64,000 nt of DNA from the human T2T-CHM13v2.0 reference genome, Homo sapiens, in the NCBI RefSeq assembly GCF_009914755.1, contig NC_060947.1; one strand, 5' to 3'. Shown here in pieces: positions 1 through 13,799 of the stretch. Each line of letters opens with the position of its first letter. The stretch's first letter is position 1. Below the pieces are notes generated by a model. It saw only the letters and a program-made list of their open reading frames with translations, ran no database searches and was not told the DNA's origin. A program made the translations under genes and the position numbers.

Positions 1-42
1 TGACACATATACATGAACACAAACATACACACACACACACAT
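1..42. repeat. (CA)n-rich simple repeat
   Basis: Imperfect CA/TA run at the window start. Confidence 0.7.
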
Positions 43-119
43 ATTTCGTATTAAAATGATATTCTCAAAAGTGCCAGATAAGTTAGCTAAAATTTAAAAA
101 AAAAAAAATGGAGTGGAGA

Positions 120-733
120 ATTACTGGGCCAGAAACCACAGGAAGATAGATTCTCAGGGAGTGAGGCAGGGTTTGGGGCCAGTTTTCCCTTGGGATAGCT
201 GTCATTTCCTTAGCAGGTGACTAAGAACCTAAAAGGTTGAATGCTGCTTTTGATAGCATTATAAGTGTAGAGATACAGGGTTTGACATTCAGGGCTCTCT
301 GAGGCCTTAGTACCATAGGTCTATATCCTAGGAGTAAGGGTATACCTGATACAAGCTTTCACGAATACTGTAGTTCAACTCATGTTCAATCCCTAAGTGG
401 ATTGCAGTGATACTGAATGAGCTTAATCCTCCGATAAAGGCAGAAGCAAAGGAAAATCTACTTTGGAGGAGGCTAATAGTTTCTTAGGCCTCACATAATT
501 TCTATGAATATTTTATAAATACAATGTCTGGCAAACAAAATTTAGCCAGATGCATAAGAGACAAGATCACCTAAAAGAAAACCAGCAGAAACAACAGATA
601 AGGAATAATCAAATACACAGCTTAAAATACTTTTTACTGTGCTCAGAGACAGAAATTAAAATTGAGAAAATAGGCATATAATTGGAAATATGTAAAAGAA
701 TGAAAAATAAAGTTCAGAAATGAAAAACACAAC
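120..733 (+). mobile_element. Old L1M (L1MC/L1ME-like) 5'/ORF1 fragment, host of the younger L1
   Basis: A-rich degenerate ORF1-like sequence that resumes at 7239 after the L1PA target-site duplication. Confidence 0.6.
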
Positions 734-757
734 AAAAAATTAAGAACTGGTGGCTGG

Positions 758-767
758 CAAGATGGCC
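758..767 (+). promoter_or_regulatory. L1 5'UTR YY1 site
   Basis: CAAGATGGCC near the L1 5' end, the known position of the YY1 motif in primate L1 promoters. Confidence 0.7.
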
Positions 768-2077
768 AAATAGGAACAGCTCTGGTCTGCAGCTCCCAGT
801 GAGATCAATGCAGAAAGCAGGTGATTTCTGCATTTCCAACTGAGGTACCCAGCTCATCTCATTGGGACTGCTTAGACAGTGGGTGCAGCCCACAGAGGGC
901 AAGCCAAAGCAGGGTGGGGTATCACCTCACCCAGGAAGCACAGGGGTCAGAAAACTCCTTCCCCTAGCCAAGGGAAGCCGTGAAGGACTGTGCTGTGAGG
1001 AACAGTGCACTCTGGCCCAGATTCTAACCTTTTCCCATGGACTTCACAACTCGCAGATCAGGAGATTCCCTCGGGTGCCTATGCCACCATGGACCTGGGT
1101 TTCAAGCACAAAACTGGGCAGCTATTTGGGCACACACTGGGCTAGCTGCAGGAGTTTTTTTTTTTTTTTCATACCCCAGTGGTGCCTGGAATGCCAGTGA
1201 GACAGAACCATTCACTCCTCTGGAAAGAAGGCTGAAGGCAGGCAGCCAAGTGCTCTAGTTCAGGAGATCCCACCCCTCGGAGCCCAGCAAGCTAAGATCC
1301 ACTGGCTTGAAATTCGCGCCACCAGCACAGCAGTCTGAAGTTTACCTGGGACACTCAAGCTTGGTGGGGGAGGGGCATCTGCCATTACTAAGGCTTCAGT
1401 AGGCAGTTTTCCCCTCACAGTGTAAACAAAGCCACCAGGATGTTTCAACTGGGCAGAGCCCACCACAGCTCAGCAAAGCCACTGTAGCCAGGCTGCCTCT
1501 CTAGATTCCCCCTCTCTGGGCAGAGCATCTCTGAAAGAAAGGCAGCAGCTACAGTCAGAGGTTTATAGATAAAACTCCCATCTCCCTGGGACAGAGCACC
1601 TGGGGGAAGGGGCAGCTGTTGGGTCAGCTTCAGCAGACTTAAACATTCCTGCCTGCTGGCTCTGAAGAGAGCAGCAGATCTCCCAGCAGAGCGCTCAAGC
1701 TCTGCTAAGGGACAGACTGCCTCCTCAAGTGGGTCGCTGACCCCCATGCCTCCTGAGTGGGAGACACATCCCAGCAGGGGTCAACAGACATCTCATATAG
1801 GAGAGCTCCGGCTGGCACCTGGTGGGTGTCCCTCTGGAAAGAAGCTTCCAGAGGAAGGATCAGGCAGCAATCTTTGCTGTTCTGCAGGCTCCACTGGTGA
1901 TACCCAGGCAACACTCCAGCAAACTTTGGCAGACCTGCAGCAGAGGGGCCTGACTGTTAGGAGGAAAACTAACAAACAGAAAGAAATAGCATCAACATCA
2001 ACAAAAAGGACGTCCACACAGAAAATCCAACTGAAGATCACCAACATCAAAGACCAAAGGTAGATAAATCCACGAAG

Positions 2078-3101
2078 ATAAGAAAACCAGCACAAAAAGG
2101 CTGAAAATTCCAAAAACCAGAAAGCCTCTTCTCCTCCAAAGGATCACAGCTCCTCACCAGCAAGAGAACAAAACGGGAGAGAGAATGAGTTTCACAAATT
2201 GACAGAAGTAGGCTTCAGAAGGTGGGTAATAACAAACTCCTCCAAGCTAAAGGAGTATGTTCTAGCTCAATGCAATGAAGCTAAGAACCTTGAAAAATGG
2301 TTAGAGGAATTGTTAACTAGAATAACCAGTTTAGAGAAGAACATACATGACCTAATGGTGCTGAAAAACACAGCACAACAACTTCGGGAAGCATACACAA
2401 GTAACAATAGCTGAATCAATCAAGCAGAAAAAAGGATATCAGAGATAAGATCAACTTAATGAAATAAAGCATGAAGACAAGAATAGAGAACAGAGAATGA
2501 AAAGGAATGAACAAAGCCTCCAAGAAATATGGGACTATGTGAAAAGACCAAACCTACATTTGACTGGAATACCTGAAAGTAACAGGGAAAACAGAACCAT
2601 GTTGGAAAACACTCTGCAAGATATTATCCAGGAGAACGTCCCCAACCTAGCAAGACAGGCCAACATTCAAATTCAGGAAATACAGAGAACACCACAAAGA
2701 TACTCCTTGAGAAGAGCAACCTCAAGACACATAATTCTCAGATTCACCAAAGTTGAAATGGAGGAAAAAATGTTAAGGGCAGCCAGAGAGAAAGGTCAGG
2801 TTACCACAAAGGGAAGCCCATCAGACTAACAGCAGATCTCTCTGCAGAAACCCTACAAGCCAGAAAGAGAGTGGGGGCCAATATTGAACATTCTTAAAGA
2901 AAAGAATTTTCAACCCAGAATTTCATATCCAGCCAAACTAAGCTTCATAAGCAAAGGAGAAAAAATAAATCCTTTACAGACAAGCAAATGCTGAGAGATT
3001 TTCTCACCACCAGGCCTGCATTACAAGAGCTCCTGAAGGAAGCACTAAATATGGTAAGGAAAAATCAGTACCAGCCATTGCAAAACCAAACCAAAATGTA
3101 A
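2078..3101 (+). pseudogene. L1 ORF1p remnant (disrupted)
   Basis: Fragments 2199-2414 and 2497-2829 (NEQSLQEIWDYVKRPNL, EIQRTPQRYS); start codon appears lost, stops and frameshifts present. Confidence 0.9.
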
Positions 3102-3164
3102 AGACCATCAACACTATGAAGAAATTACATCAACTAATGGGCAAAATAACCAACTAGCAACATA

Positions 3165-6100
3165 ATGACAGGATCAAATTCACATATAACAATATTAAGC
3201 TTAAATATAAATGAGACAAAAGTCCCAAATAAAAGACACAGACTGGCAAATTAGATAAACAGTGTGCATCAGTGTGCTGTATTCAGGAGACCCATCTCAC
3301 ATACATAGACACACATAGTCTCAGAATAAAGGGATGGAGGAATATTTACCAAGAAAACAGAAAGCAAAAAAAAAAAAAAAAAAAAAGGCAGGGGTTGCAA
3401 TCCTAGTCTCTAATAAAACAGACTTTAAACCAACAAAGATCAAAAAAGACAAAGAAGGGCATTACTTAATGGTAAAGGGATCCATGCAACAAGAAGAGAT
3501 AACTATCCTAAATATATATGCACCCAATACAGGAGCACCCAGATTCATAAAGCAAGTTCTTAGAGACTTACAGAGAGACTTAGACTCCCACACAATAATA
3601 GTGGGAGACTTTAACACCCCACTGTCAATATTAGACAGATCAAAGAGACAGAAAATTAAAAAGGATATTCAGGACTTGAACTCAGCTCTGGACCAAGTGG
3701 ACCTAATAGACATCTACAGAACTCTCCACCCCAAATCAACAGAATATACATTCTTCTCAGCACCACATTGCACTTATTCTAAAATCAACCACAAAATTGG
3801 GAGTAAAACACTCCTCAGCAAATGCAAAAGAACAGAAATCATAACAAACAGTCTCTCAGACCACAGTGCAATCAAATTAGAACTCAGGATTAAGAAACTC
3901 ACTCAAAACCACACAACTACGTGGAAACTGAACAACCTGCTCCTAAGTGACTACTGGGTAAATAACGAAATTAAGGCAGAAATAAACAATTTATTCAAAA
4001 CCAATGAGAACAAAGACAAATTGTACCATAATCTCTGGGACACAGCTAAAGCAGTGTTTAGAGGAAAATTTATAGCACTAAATGCCCACAGGAGAAAGCA
4101 GGAAATATTTAAAGTCAACATTCTAACATCACAATTAAAAGAACTAGAGAAGCAAGAGCAAACAAATTCAAAATCTAGCAGAAGACAAGAAATAACTAAG
4201 ATCAGAGCAGAACTGAAGGAGATAGAGACACGAAAAACCCTTCAAAAAATCAATGAATCCAAGAGTTGGTTTTTTTGAAAAGATCAACAAAATAGATAGA
4301 CCACTAGCTAGACTAATAAAGAAGAAAAGAGAGAAGAAGGAAATAGACACAATAAAAAAATGATAAAGCGGAGATAACTACTGATCCCAAAGTAATGCGT
4401 ACTACCATCAGAGAATACTGTAAACACCTCTATGCAAATAAACTAGAAAATCTGGAAGAAATGGATAAATTCCTGGACACATACACCCTCCCAAGAATAA
4501 ACCAGGAAGAAGTCGAATCCCTGAATAGAACAATAGCAAGTTCTGAAATTGAGGCAGTAATTAATAGGCTACCAACCAAAAAAAGCTTAGGACCAGACAG
4601 CTTCATAGCTGAATTCTACCAGAGGTACAAAGAGGAGCTGGTACCATTTTTTCTAAAACTATTCCAGGCAATAGAAAAAGAGGAACTCCTCCTTAACTCA
4701 CTTTATGAGGCCAGTATCATCCTGATACCAAAACCTGGTGGAGACACAACAAAAAATTGAAAATTTTAGGCCAATATCCCTGATAACATCGATGTAAAAA
4801 TCCTCAGTAAAATACAGGCAAACCAAATCCAGCAGCACATCAAATAGCTTATCCATGACGATCATCCCTGGGATGCAAGGCTGGTTCAGCATATGCAAAT
4901 AAATAAACATAATCCATCACATAAACAGAACCAACAACAAAAACCCCATGATTATCACAATAGATGCAGAAAAGGCCTTTGACAAATTCAATACCCCTTC
5001 ATGCTAAAAACTCTCAATAAACTAGGTCTTGATGGAATGTATCTCAAAATAATAAGAGCCATTTATGACAAACCCACCATCAATATCATACTGAATGGGC
5101 AAAAGCTGGAAGCATTCCCTTAGAAACCTGGCACAAGACAAAGATGCCCTCTCTCACCACTCCTATTCAACGTAGTATTGGAAGTTCTGGCCAGGGAAAT
5201 CAGCCAAGAGAAAGAAGTAAAGAGTATTCAAACAGGAAGAGAGGATGTCTAATTGTCTCTGTTTGCAGATGACGTGATTGTATATTTAGGAAACCCCATC
5301 ATCTCAGCCCAAAGTCTCTTTAAGCTAAAAAGCAACTTCAGCATTCTCAGGATACAAAATCAATGTGCAAAAATCACAAGCATTCCTATACGCCAATAAT
5401 AGAGAGCCAAATCATGAGTGAACTCCCATTCGTAATTGCTACAAAGAGAATAAAATACCTAGGAATACAACTTCCAAGGGATGTTAAGGACCTTTTCCAG
5501 GAGAACTACAAACCATAGCTCAAGGAAATAAGAGAGGACACAAACAAATGGAAAAAGCACTCCATGCTCATGGATAGGAAGAATCAATATAGTGAAAATG
5601 GCCATACTGCTCAAAGTAATTTATAGATTCAATGCCATCCCCATCAAGCTACCATTGACTTTCTTCACATAATTATAATGAACTACTCTAAATTTCATAT
5701 GGAATCAAAAAAGAGCCTGTATAGCCAAGACAGTCCTAAGCAAAAAGAACAAAGCTGGAGGCATCACAGTACCTGACTTCAAACTATACTATAAGGCTAC
5801 AGTAACCAAAACAGTATGGTACTAGTACCAAAACAGATATATAGACCAATGGAACAGAACAGAGGCCTCAAAAATAACACCACACATCTACAACCATCTG
5901 ATCTTTGACAAACCTGACAAAAACAAGCAATGGGGAAAGGATTCCCTATTTAATAAATGGTGTTGGGAAAACTGACTAGCCATATGCACAAAACTGAAAC
6001 TGGACTCCTTCCTTACATCTTATACAAAAATTAACTCAAGATGGATTAAAGACTTAAACATAAAACCTAAAACCATAAAAACCCTAGAAGAAAACCTAGG

Positions 6101-6980
6101 CAATACCATTCAGGACATAGGCATGGACAAAGACTTCATGGCTAAAACACCAAAAGCAATGGCAACAAAAGCCAAAATTGACAAATGGGATCTAATTAAA
6201 CTAAAGCGTTTCTGCACAGCAAAAGAAACTATCATAAGAGTGAATAGGCAACCTACAAAATGGGAGAAAATTTTTGCAATCTATCCATCTGACAAAGAGG
6301 TAATATCCAGAATCTACAAAGAACTTAAATTTACAAGAAAAAAACAAACAACCCCATCAAAAAGTGGGTGAAGGATATGAACAGACACTTCTCAAAAGAA
6401 GGCATTTATATGGCCAACAAACATATGAAAAAAAGCTCATCATCACTGGTCATTAGAGAAATGCAAATCAAAACCACAATGTGATACAATCTCATACCAG
6501 TTAGAATGGTGATCATTAAAAAGTCAGGAAACAACAGATGCTGGAGAGGATGTGGAGAAATAGGAACCACTTTTACACTGTTGGTGGGAGTGTAAATTAG
6601 TTCAACCATTGTGTAAGACAGCATGGCGATTTCTCAAGGATGTAGAACCAGAAATACCATTTGACCCAGTAATCCCATTACTGTGTATATACCCAAAGTT
6701 TTATAAATCATTCTACTATAAAGACACATGCACGCATATGTTTACTGCACCACTGTTCACAATAGCAAAGACTTGGAACCAACCCAAATGCCCATCAACG
6801 TTAGACTGGATGAAGAAAATGTGGCACATATACACCATGGAATACTATGCAGCCATAAAAAAGGATGAGTTCATGTCCTTTGCAGGGACATGGATGAAGC
6901 TGGAAACTATCATTCCCAGTTAACTAACGCAGGAACGGAAAACCAAACACTGTGTGTTCTCACTCATAAGTGGGAGCTGA
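3165..6980 (+). pseudogene. L1 ORF2p remnant (endonuclease, reverse transcriptase, C-terminal domain; disrupted)
   Basis: ATGACAGGATCAAAT start; 314-aa open piece 3334-4278 with YAPN, GDFN and SDH endonuclease motifs; FADD RT motif ~5262; multiple stops and frameshifts. Confidence 0.93.
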
Positions 6981-7786
6981 ACAATCAGAACACATGGACA
7001 CAGGGAGGGGAACATCACACACCGGGGCCTGTCAGGGGGTCGGGAGGGGTAGGGAAGGAATAGCATTAGGAGAAATACCTAATGTAGATGATGGGTTGAT
7101 GGGTGCAGCAAACCACCATGGCATGTGTATACCTATGTTACAAACCTGCACGTTCTGCACATGTATCCCAGAACTTAAAGCATAATAAAAAAGTTAAAAT
7201 AAAAATAAATAAAACATAAAAATAAAAAATTAAGAACTTACGGTTTACAGCAAATTAGACAGAGTTAAGGTGATTAATGAATGGGAAGATAGTTCAGAAG
7301 AAAATATCTAGAATTAAGCTGGGTAAGTTAGAAAGATCAAACATACAGAAGATACAGTAAAACGTATGGTAAGATGATCTAGCACATATGTAATTGGAAT
7401 CTCAGAAACAGAACAAAAGAGAGATTGGAACAGAACAGCATCTGAATAAAATGGCTGAGACTATTTCAAAAATAGATAAAAGATATCAAGAAGCCCTATT
7501 GATTCCAAGCAAGATATATAAAATGGAATTATTACCTAGGCACATCACAGTAAAACTACTGAACACTCAAAATAACAATCTTGAAAAATGTTAAAAGCAG
7601 CTAGAATAAAAATATCAATTACTTTCGAAGAAGCAACAAATGCAATGACCACTGACTTCTCAATAGAAACATCACAAACCCAATACCTTGGAATGACATC
7701 TTTAAAATGTTGAAAGAAAACATGCACCACCCTAGAATTCTACACTAAGTGATAATTTTCTTCAGTAGTAAAGATGACACAAACAC

Positions 7787-8075
7787 GTTGTTTTAGTTAT
7801 TTGTTGTTGCATAACAATATTACACAAACATAGCAGCTTAAAATAATGCATATTTATTATTTCACAGTTCATGTGGGTTGAGAGACTGGGCATAGGTTAG
7901 CTGAGCCCTCTGCAAAGCTGCAATCAAGGTGTTGTCCAGAACTTGGTTTTCATTTGAGGCTCTACCAGGGAAGACTTTGTTTCCAAACTCACGTGGTTGT
8001 TTGCAGCATTCATTTCTTTTCAGGCTGTCAGACTAAGGGCCTCAGCTTCTTGCTGGCTTTCAGCTGGAGGCTGGA
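7787..8075 (-). mobile_element. MLT1-family MaLR LTR fragment
   Basis: TTGCATAACAA..GCTTAAAATAATGCATATTTATTATTTCACAGTTC pattern typical of MLT1; similar to the copy at 12355. Confidence 0.75.
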
Positions 8076-8462
8076 GGTTTTAAACCCACGTATGATAAGA
8101 GGAAGGCTAAAAATCAATAAGCTAAGCATTCATATAAATAAATTAGGAAAAGGAAGCCAAATTAAAATCAGAGGAAGTAGAGGAAAATAAAAAAGCATCA
8201 ATAAGGATACTTATTGACACTTTTTATTACTTTAAATCAATGGATAAAATTTTTAAAAGTCATAAAATATCACTGTGCATCCTAGACATAAAAATATATT
8301 AAGAAGCTATCATATACAACTTTATGCCAATAAACTTGAAAAATTTAGATGAACTAGAGAAATTTATAGAAAAATACAAGTTTATAAGCCTGACACAAGA
8401 AGAAATAGACGACCTGAAGAATAGAAAAACATTTGCAAATGAAATTTATAAGCTTTTCTACA

Positions 8463-8991
8463 TGTAAGGGAGAAAATCTGTATTTTTACCTCATAGGTTC
8501 TTAGTTGAGACACTCCCCTGAAAATAAAAGTCAGATTAACAAGAGAAAAACCAGTAGAAGTTTATTGACAAATGCTATACACATCACACAGGAGAGGCCT
8601 CAGTTCAAAAGCACTTTTCTTTCAAGACAGTGGCCTAGTGGTTTTACTTAGATAGTATTTTAACCAAGAGCCATAAATTCTACAGTGAAAAGACAAAAAG
8701 GAGAGCATCTTCAGGCTTCCAAAAGGTGGGAAAATGTGAGAAGTTAAGTTTGTGGGAAGAGTAAAATCTGCTTCTAGATCCTCAGGCACCACTGTCTCTG
8801 AGCTGATAAGCAAGCATTGTAAAGGGGCCTATCTTTAGGTAGGAAAAGGCAGAGGGAAGAAAAACCTTGTCTATGGAAATTGTCCTGCCATCAGGCAAGC
8901 AGAGGGAGGAGCAGAGTGTCCTCCTGCTATTTAATATTCTTCAGCTCAATAATTCCCAGTATTTTAAACAGCAATATTTTGGTTTTCTTTA
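8463..8991. mobile_element. Solo ERV1-class (MER4-group-like) LTR
   Basis: Starts TGTAAGGG, contains CAGATTAACAAGAGAAAA...GAAGTTTATT; 4-bp TSD TACA at 8459-8462 and 8992-8995; L1 ORF2 sequence is contiguous across it. Confidence 0.7.
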
Positions 8992-10289
8992 TACACAGAA
9001 AATTCCCAAACGACTTCACTAGTACATTTTACCAAACATTTAATGAAAATAGAATGGCAATCTGTTAAAAACGATGTGACACATGAAGAAAAGGAGAACA
9101 TTCCCCAACTCATTTTGTAGGCCAGCATAATCAGGGATACTAAAAATCTAAGTAGGATATAACAAGAGACATTTCAGGTCAATATTACTCAAGAACATGC
9201 ATGAAAAATCCCAAATAATATAATAGCTATTCAAAACTAGCAATATGTTAAAAATATGATAGATCTGAACCAAGTTGAGTTTACTCCAGAAAGGCAAGGT
9301 TGGTTTAACAATACAAAGTTGAGCAATGTAATTCATCACAACATAATTAAGGGCAAAAATGATGTGTTCATCTCTATAGATGCTGAAAAAATTGATAAAA
9401 TTCCATATCCATTTATAGGGGTAAAAAGCTCCTCTAAACAAACTAGTAATAAAAGAACTTTCTTAAACTGATAAAATTATCCACAGAAAAAAAGCTACAA
9501 CAAAAATCATACTAAATTATGAATTGCTAGAAGCTTTTCCTTTATGACTGAGAACAAGACAAGTTTGCCTGTTATCACCTCTTCTATTCATTGTTGTACT
9601 GGAGGACCTTAACAGAGAAATAAGGTAAGATAGAAACTTGGAACGGATATGGAGGAGAATGAAAATAACTGAACTCTACAAATTTGCTTGGCCCTGCTTT
9701 ATTTTGGGAAGGGTGTGGCTAGGACTATTTTGTTCTAAGTTTTGTATATCTTTTTTTTTTTTTAAACATTTCTTATATTTGGTTCTATGCAAGTGAAATG
9801 GCATATTGGGGAAAAAATATAAAACGATGGTTACTGGCCATTTGAATTGACTTCTGAAGGAAGGAGACATTTTGAATCAGCCTTGCTCTAGTCAATGGGG
9901 CTTTCTGAGGCTTAGTGAAAATTTGTACTTGTGCCCTATTCAGGCCAAGGTTGCTGGAATATCTTATTTTGATTTTACTATGGCTGACAAAAGGCAGAGT
10001 ACAGAAAGAGTATTACTTTGGAAGATATTTTATCTGGGGCTATTTTTTTAGAACAAAATCAACGGGGTGCTGATATGTGTTTGGATACTGGAGCACTGAC
10101 TGATCAGTATTGTGATTCACCTACTCTTAAAGAAAATGACATACATCTAGCTATTGCACATGCAGAAAAATGTCTAAGCCTGATGCTAATGGATGAGTAA
10201 GCTTAGCTTCAACAATTGGAATGAAAATAAAACAATTTATTTTAAGACTTGCTATTACTAGACAAGTTCAAACAACAAGGATGATCATA

Positions 10290-10410
10290 ATAGAATTAAT
10301 AAAGATCTTTGCATGGTAGACTGACAGGCCATGCAGATATGAAGGAAGCAATAGATGTAACCTACATAGACATCAATGGAGCTTTGATTATATTAAAATG
10401 ATATTCTCCT
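10290..10410 (+). mobile_element. Possible ancient CR1/L3 reverse-transcriptase fragment
   Basis: Translates as EAIDVTYIDINGA then (frameshifted) FD and DIL, resembling the CR1 RT motif AVDVVYLDFSKAFD..HDIL. Confidence 0.4.
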
Positions 10411-10993
10411 CCAAAAGAGATGAAGATTTCTCTGCTATTCTTAGATATCTATTGGGAGGGTGATAGGAAGGAAAAGGTAATTGAGGGAGTCACTGGGTAG
10501 GTGAAAAGTATACTCGGCATGAATATACTTGGGAGTGGGGTCATAGGTTCTTAAGTGAATTTAGGATGTTTCCATAGATGGCGTTAGCCTTGTTTGCTTT
10601 TTAGTCTGACTCAAGTGGTTACAATTAAACACGGTGAGTGTTTTCCACTGATTTGGCTGCTATTGGGCTGCATATATGCAATGTCAAAACAACAGAATAC
10701 TTTGGAAACTTTGCCAACGTGGGTGATTGACTCACACAAGCAGTTACAAAGAAATGTTTAAGGGTCTTCCATATACTGAAGAGCTGATGTTTAAATTCAT
10801 CTTACTTCTCACAAACACATAAAGTGTGATAAAGCTTGTTGCTCCTGGGTAGGCAATGAAAGATCAGCAGCACACCACTGAAAAGATGTGAGTGTAGCCA
10901 TATGTTGAGCATCCCTAGCAATTATGGAATGCTTTAAAATGGATAGGTATTCACATTTTGAAGCTATAAGTTTCAGATATTTATCTTCTTTGA

Positions 10994-11349
<356 letters not shown>

Positions 11350-11429
11350 AAAATTTGGTTTTCCGATGTGATTTCAGGATTCTAGATTGGGTGCTGTTTC
11401 TCCTACACTTTCCTTCCCTCAATCTCCAT

Positions 11430-11650
11430 GTTAGGTTGTTCAGAGTATGCACTGTACAGGGTCAACACATCTGAGGAGGCACCATTCACATTGGGGACAC
11501 ATACAGAACTAACTTACCTGGGAGCGCTGCAGGTGAGTGTAGACATTCCAGGCCTCTTGGCTGAGTCCTGAAGCAGCAAGAGAGCGCCCTCTACTCCATA
11601 AACTTTCACTCTCTCAACTGGTCATGCACACCTCAGCAGGGCCTGCACTA
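11430..11650. mobile_element. Possible MER91-like hAT DNA transposon relic
   Basis: TGCACTGTACA...GGAGGCACCATTCACAT resembles the MER91 terminal region; boundaries uncertain. Confidence 0.35.
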
Positions 11651-11835
11651 TCACATTTACTTGGAGATGAACATGTGCACATGGCTACGCTTTCTTCTGG
11701 CTGTACTCTGAGTATCTGGATTCCAACATTTCCTCTTACACTGAACTTCTCATGGTCACCTCATCTGGGGTTGGAGTATGTGCGCTCCTTACGTTTTATG
11801 TGCTGGGCAGGAGGTAAGTTCACAGGAATGTATGG

Positions 11836-11838
<3 letters not shown>

Positions 11839-11887
<49 letters not shown>
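11839..11887. repeat. (TG)n microsatellite, ~24 units
   Basis: Uninterrupted TG run. Confidence 0.98.
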
Positions 11888-11889
<2 letters not shown>

Positions 11890-12051
11890 ACAAGCAGCTG
11901 CCACCCTCAGGCCCTGGGACGATCTTCGTACTCAAGTGGAGTACATTCAAATAGGCTTTATCCAATCCCTAAAGGTAGTGTTCCCCTGATTCCTTTTCTC
12001 TCTCTCCTGCCCTTCTCTATTTTTTTACACACTGGCTACCTCTATGGTCAC

Positions 12052-12280
12052 TGTGCTAGGCTGAAAAAAATGACATCTCTTCCGAGATATAGCCACTTCC
12101 TAAGCCCCAGAACCTGTAAATATTTTCTTACATAGTAAAAAGTGAATATTACCTTATATGGCAAAGTATGTGATTAAGTTAAAGATATTGACACGCAGTG
12201 CTTTTCTTGAATTTTCTCGGTGGGGCCTAAATGCAATCACATGTGTAAGAGAGAGGCAGAGGGAGTTTAGAGACAAATAC
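12052..12280 (+). mobile_element. MLT1 (C/D-like) LTR 5' part
   Basis: CCCCAGAACCTGT..TACCTTATATGGCAAA..GTGATTAAGTTAAAGAT..GAGAGGCAGAGGGAG. Confidence 0.75.
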
Positions 12281-12352
12281 AGTCACCTAATCTGGCCAGA
12301 GGGGTCAACAGCTGGTTGCTGTGTATGATTGTTGGGATTACACATGAATATA

Positions 12353-12872
12353 TATATTAGCTTTCTATTGCTGCATAACAAATTGCCACAAACTTAGTAA
12401 CTTACAACAACAAATATTTATTGTCTCACGGTTTCTGTGTGTCAGGACTCTGGCCGTGGCTTAGTTAGGTCCTCTGCCAGGCTGCAATCCAGGTGTCAGC
12501 CAGAGCTGAGTTCTCATCTAGAGGCTCAACTGGCAATGGATCTGCTACCAAGCTCTTGTGGTCGTTGGCAGAATTCATTTCCTTGTGTTTGTAAGACTGA
12601 GGACTCTGGCTTCTTCCTGGTTATTGGCTGGAGGCCGCCCTCAGCTCCTAGAGGCTTCCATAGCTCCTTGCCACATAGCCCTTTCCATAGGTCCACTCAA
12701 CATGGCGGCTTACCTCTCCAAAGCCAGCAAGGAAGAAAGATAGCAAGTTAGCTAGTAAGATGGAGTTATATAATGTAATGTGATTATAGGAGTGACATCC
12801 CATCGCCTTTGCCATATTCTGTTGGTTACAAGGAAGTCACAGGCCCCACCACACTCAAAGAGAGGGAACCAT
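12353..12872 (-). mobile_element. MLT1 (F-like) solo LTR
   Basis: TATTAGCTTTCTATTGCTGCATAACAAATTGCCACAAACTTAG start and GTGACATCCCATC..CATATTCTGTTGGTTA body; may extend to ~12932. Confidence 0.8.
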
Positions 12873-12959
12873 ACAAAGGTATGAACTCCAGGGGTTGGGG
12901 ATCATAAGGCCACCTTAAAGCCTGTCTACTACAATACATTCATTTAAGAAATTATATGG

Positions 12960-13099
12960 AAAGATGTTGGTCAAAGGGTACAAAGTTTTTGCAGGATAAA
13001 TAAGTTCTGGAGAGCTAATATACAGTCTGGTGACTTAAATTAACAATACTGTATTGTATACGTAGAAGTTGCTAAGAGGGTAGATCTTGAGTGTTCTCA

Positions 13100-13142
<43 letters not shown>

Positions 13143-13300
13143 AAAGAAAACGGTAACTATGTAAGATGATGAACATGTTAATTAGCTTGATTGTGATTAT
13201 TTCACAATGTGTATGTATATCAAAACATCAAATTGTACACCTCAAATATATACAATTTTTATTTGTCAATTATACCTCAATAAAGCTGAAAATAAATTAT
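12960..13300 (+). mobile_element. L1MA-type 3' end with embedded (CA)n
   Basis: GGTCAAAGGGTACAAAG..TTGCTAAGAG..GTAGAT..TTCTCACCAC..TATACAATTTTTATTTGTCAATTATACCTCAATAAAGCTG. Confidence 0.88.
13101..13138. repeat. (CA)19 microsatellite
   Basis: Pure CA run inside the L1MA 3' end. Confidence 0.97.
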
Positions 13301-13799
13301 TAAAGAATGAGAACCTTTTCCTAATTCACACGAAAGTATCACATTGGTTAGTAGCAGCTTTTTGTCCACCCCAGCACTCTTTATTTTTTTCTGACAAAAG
13401 TAGTGCTAAAATGATAAATCAAGGGACAGACATGTAGTTATTAGCTGATGGAAAGTGATAAAATTGGAGAGGATGTAATCATGGTGTAGTTTTACAAGCG
13501 TTCTTTCCATTTTGATAACTTTTATTAGAATGTGCCTGGTTTTGGAAAACAGAAATCTTAATAAATAAACCACCACAACTTAAAATATCTCCTATTGGCT
13601 CAAATTCTTCTTTTTTATCAGACAAATTATCTCCCAAACAGGTCCTATAAATATGCATTTATTACAAAGTTGTGTGTTCGTCTTAGTGAATTTAGAAAGT
13701 AGGGGTTGCTCGTTAGTGTTGATCTAGTTTCTCTGGGTTCCTGTAACTAGAAGGTATGATGAGCTATAGTGTGTTGAGTGAAAAATATTTGAAAATATT

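Larger units (their letters stand above)
749..7223 (+). mobile_element. Full-length (~6.5 kb) inactive LINE-1, L1PA7/L1PA8-like
   Basis: 5'UTR start GGTGGCTGGCAAGATGGCC, ORF1 and ORF2 remnants, 3'UTR ending CACATGTATCCCAGAACTTAAAG plus A-rich tail; exact 15-bp TSD AAAAAATTAAGAACT at 734-748 and 7224-7238. Confidence 0.97.
7239..9660 (+). mobile_element. Continuation of the old L1M (ORF1 end and ORF2 RT fragments), interrupted by two LTRs
   Basis: Degenerate L1 peptides LLPRHITVKLL, QGWFN, ISIDAEKIDKI in the ORF track. Confidence 0.8.

Noticed and set aside
3334-4278. 314-aa ORF as a functional gene or active L1
   Set aside because: It is an internal L1 ORF2 endonuclease/linker piece; ORF1 and ORF2 carry many stops and frameshifts
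11624-12135. ORFs with VC dipeptide runs
   Set aside because: Artefacts of the (TG)n microsatellite
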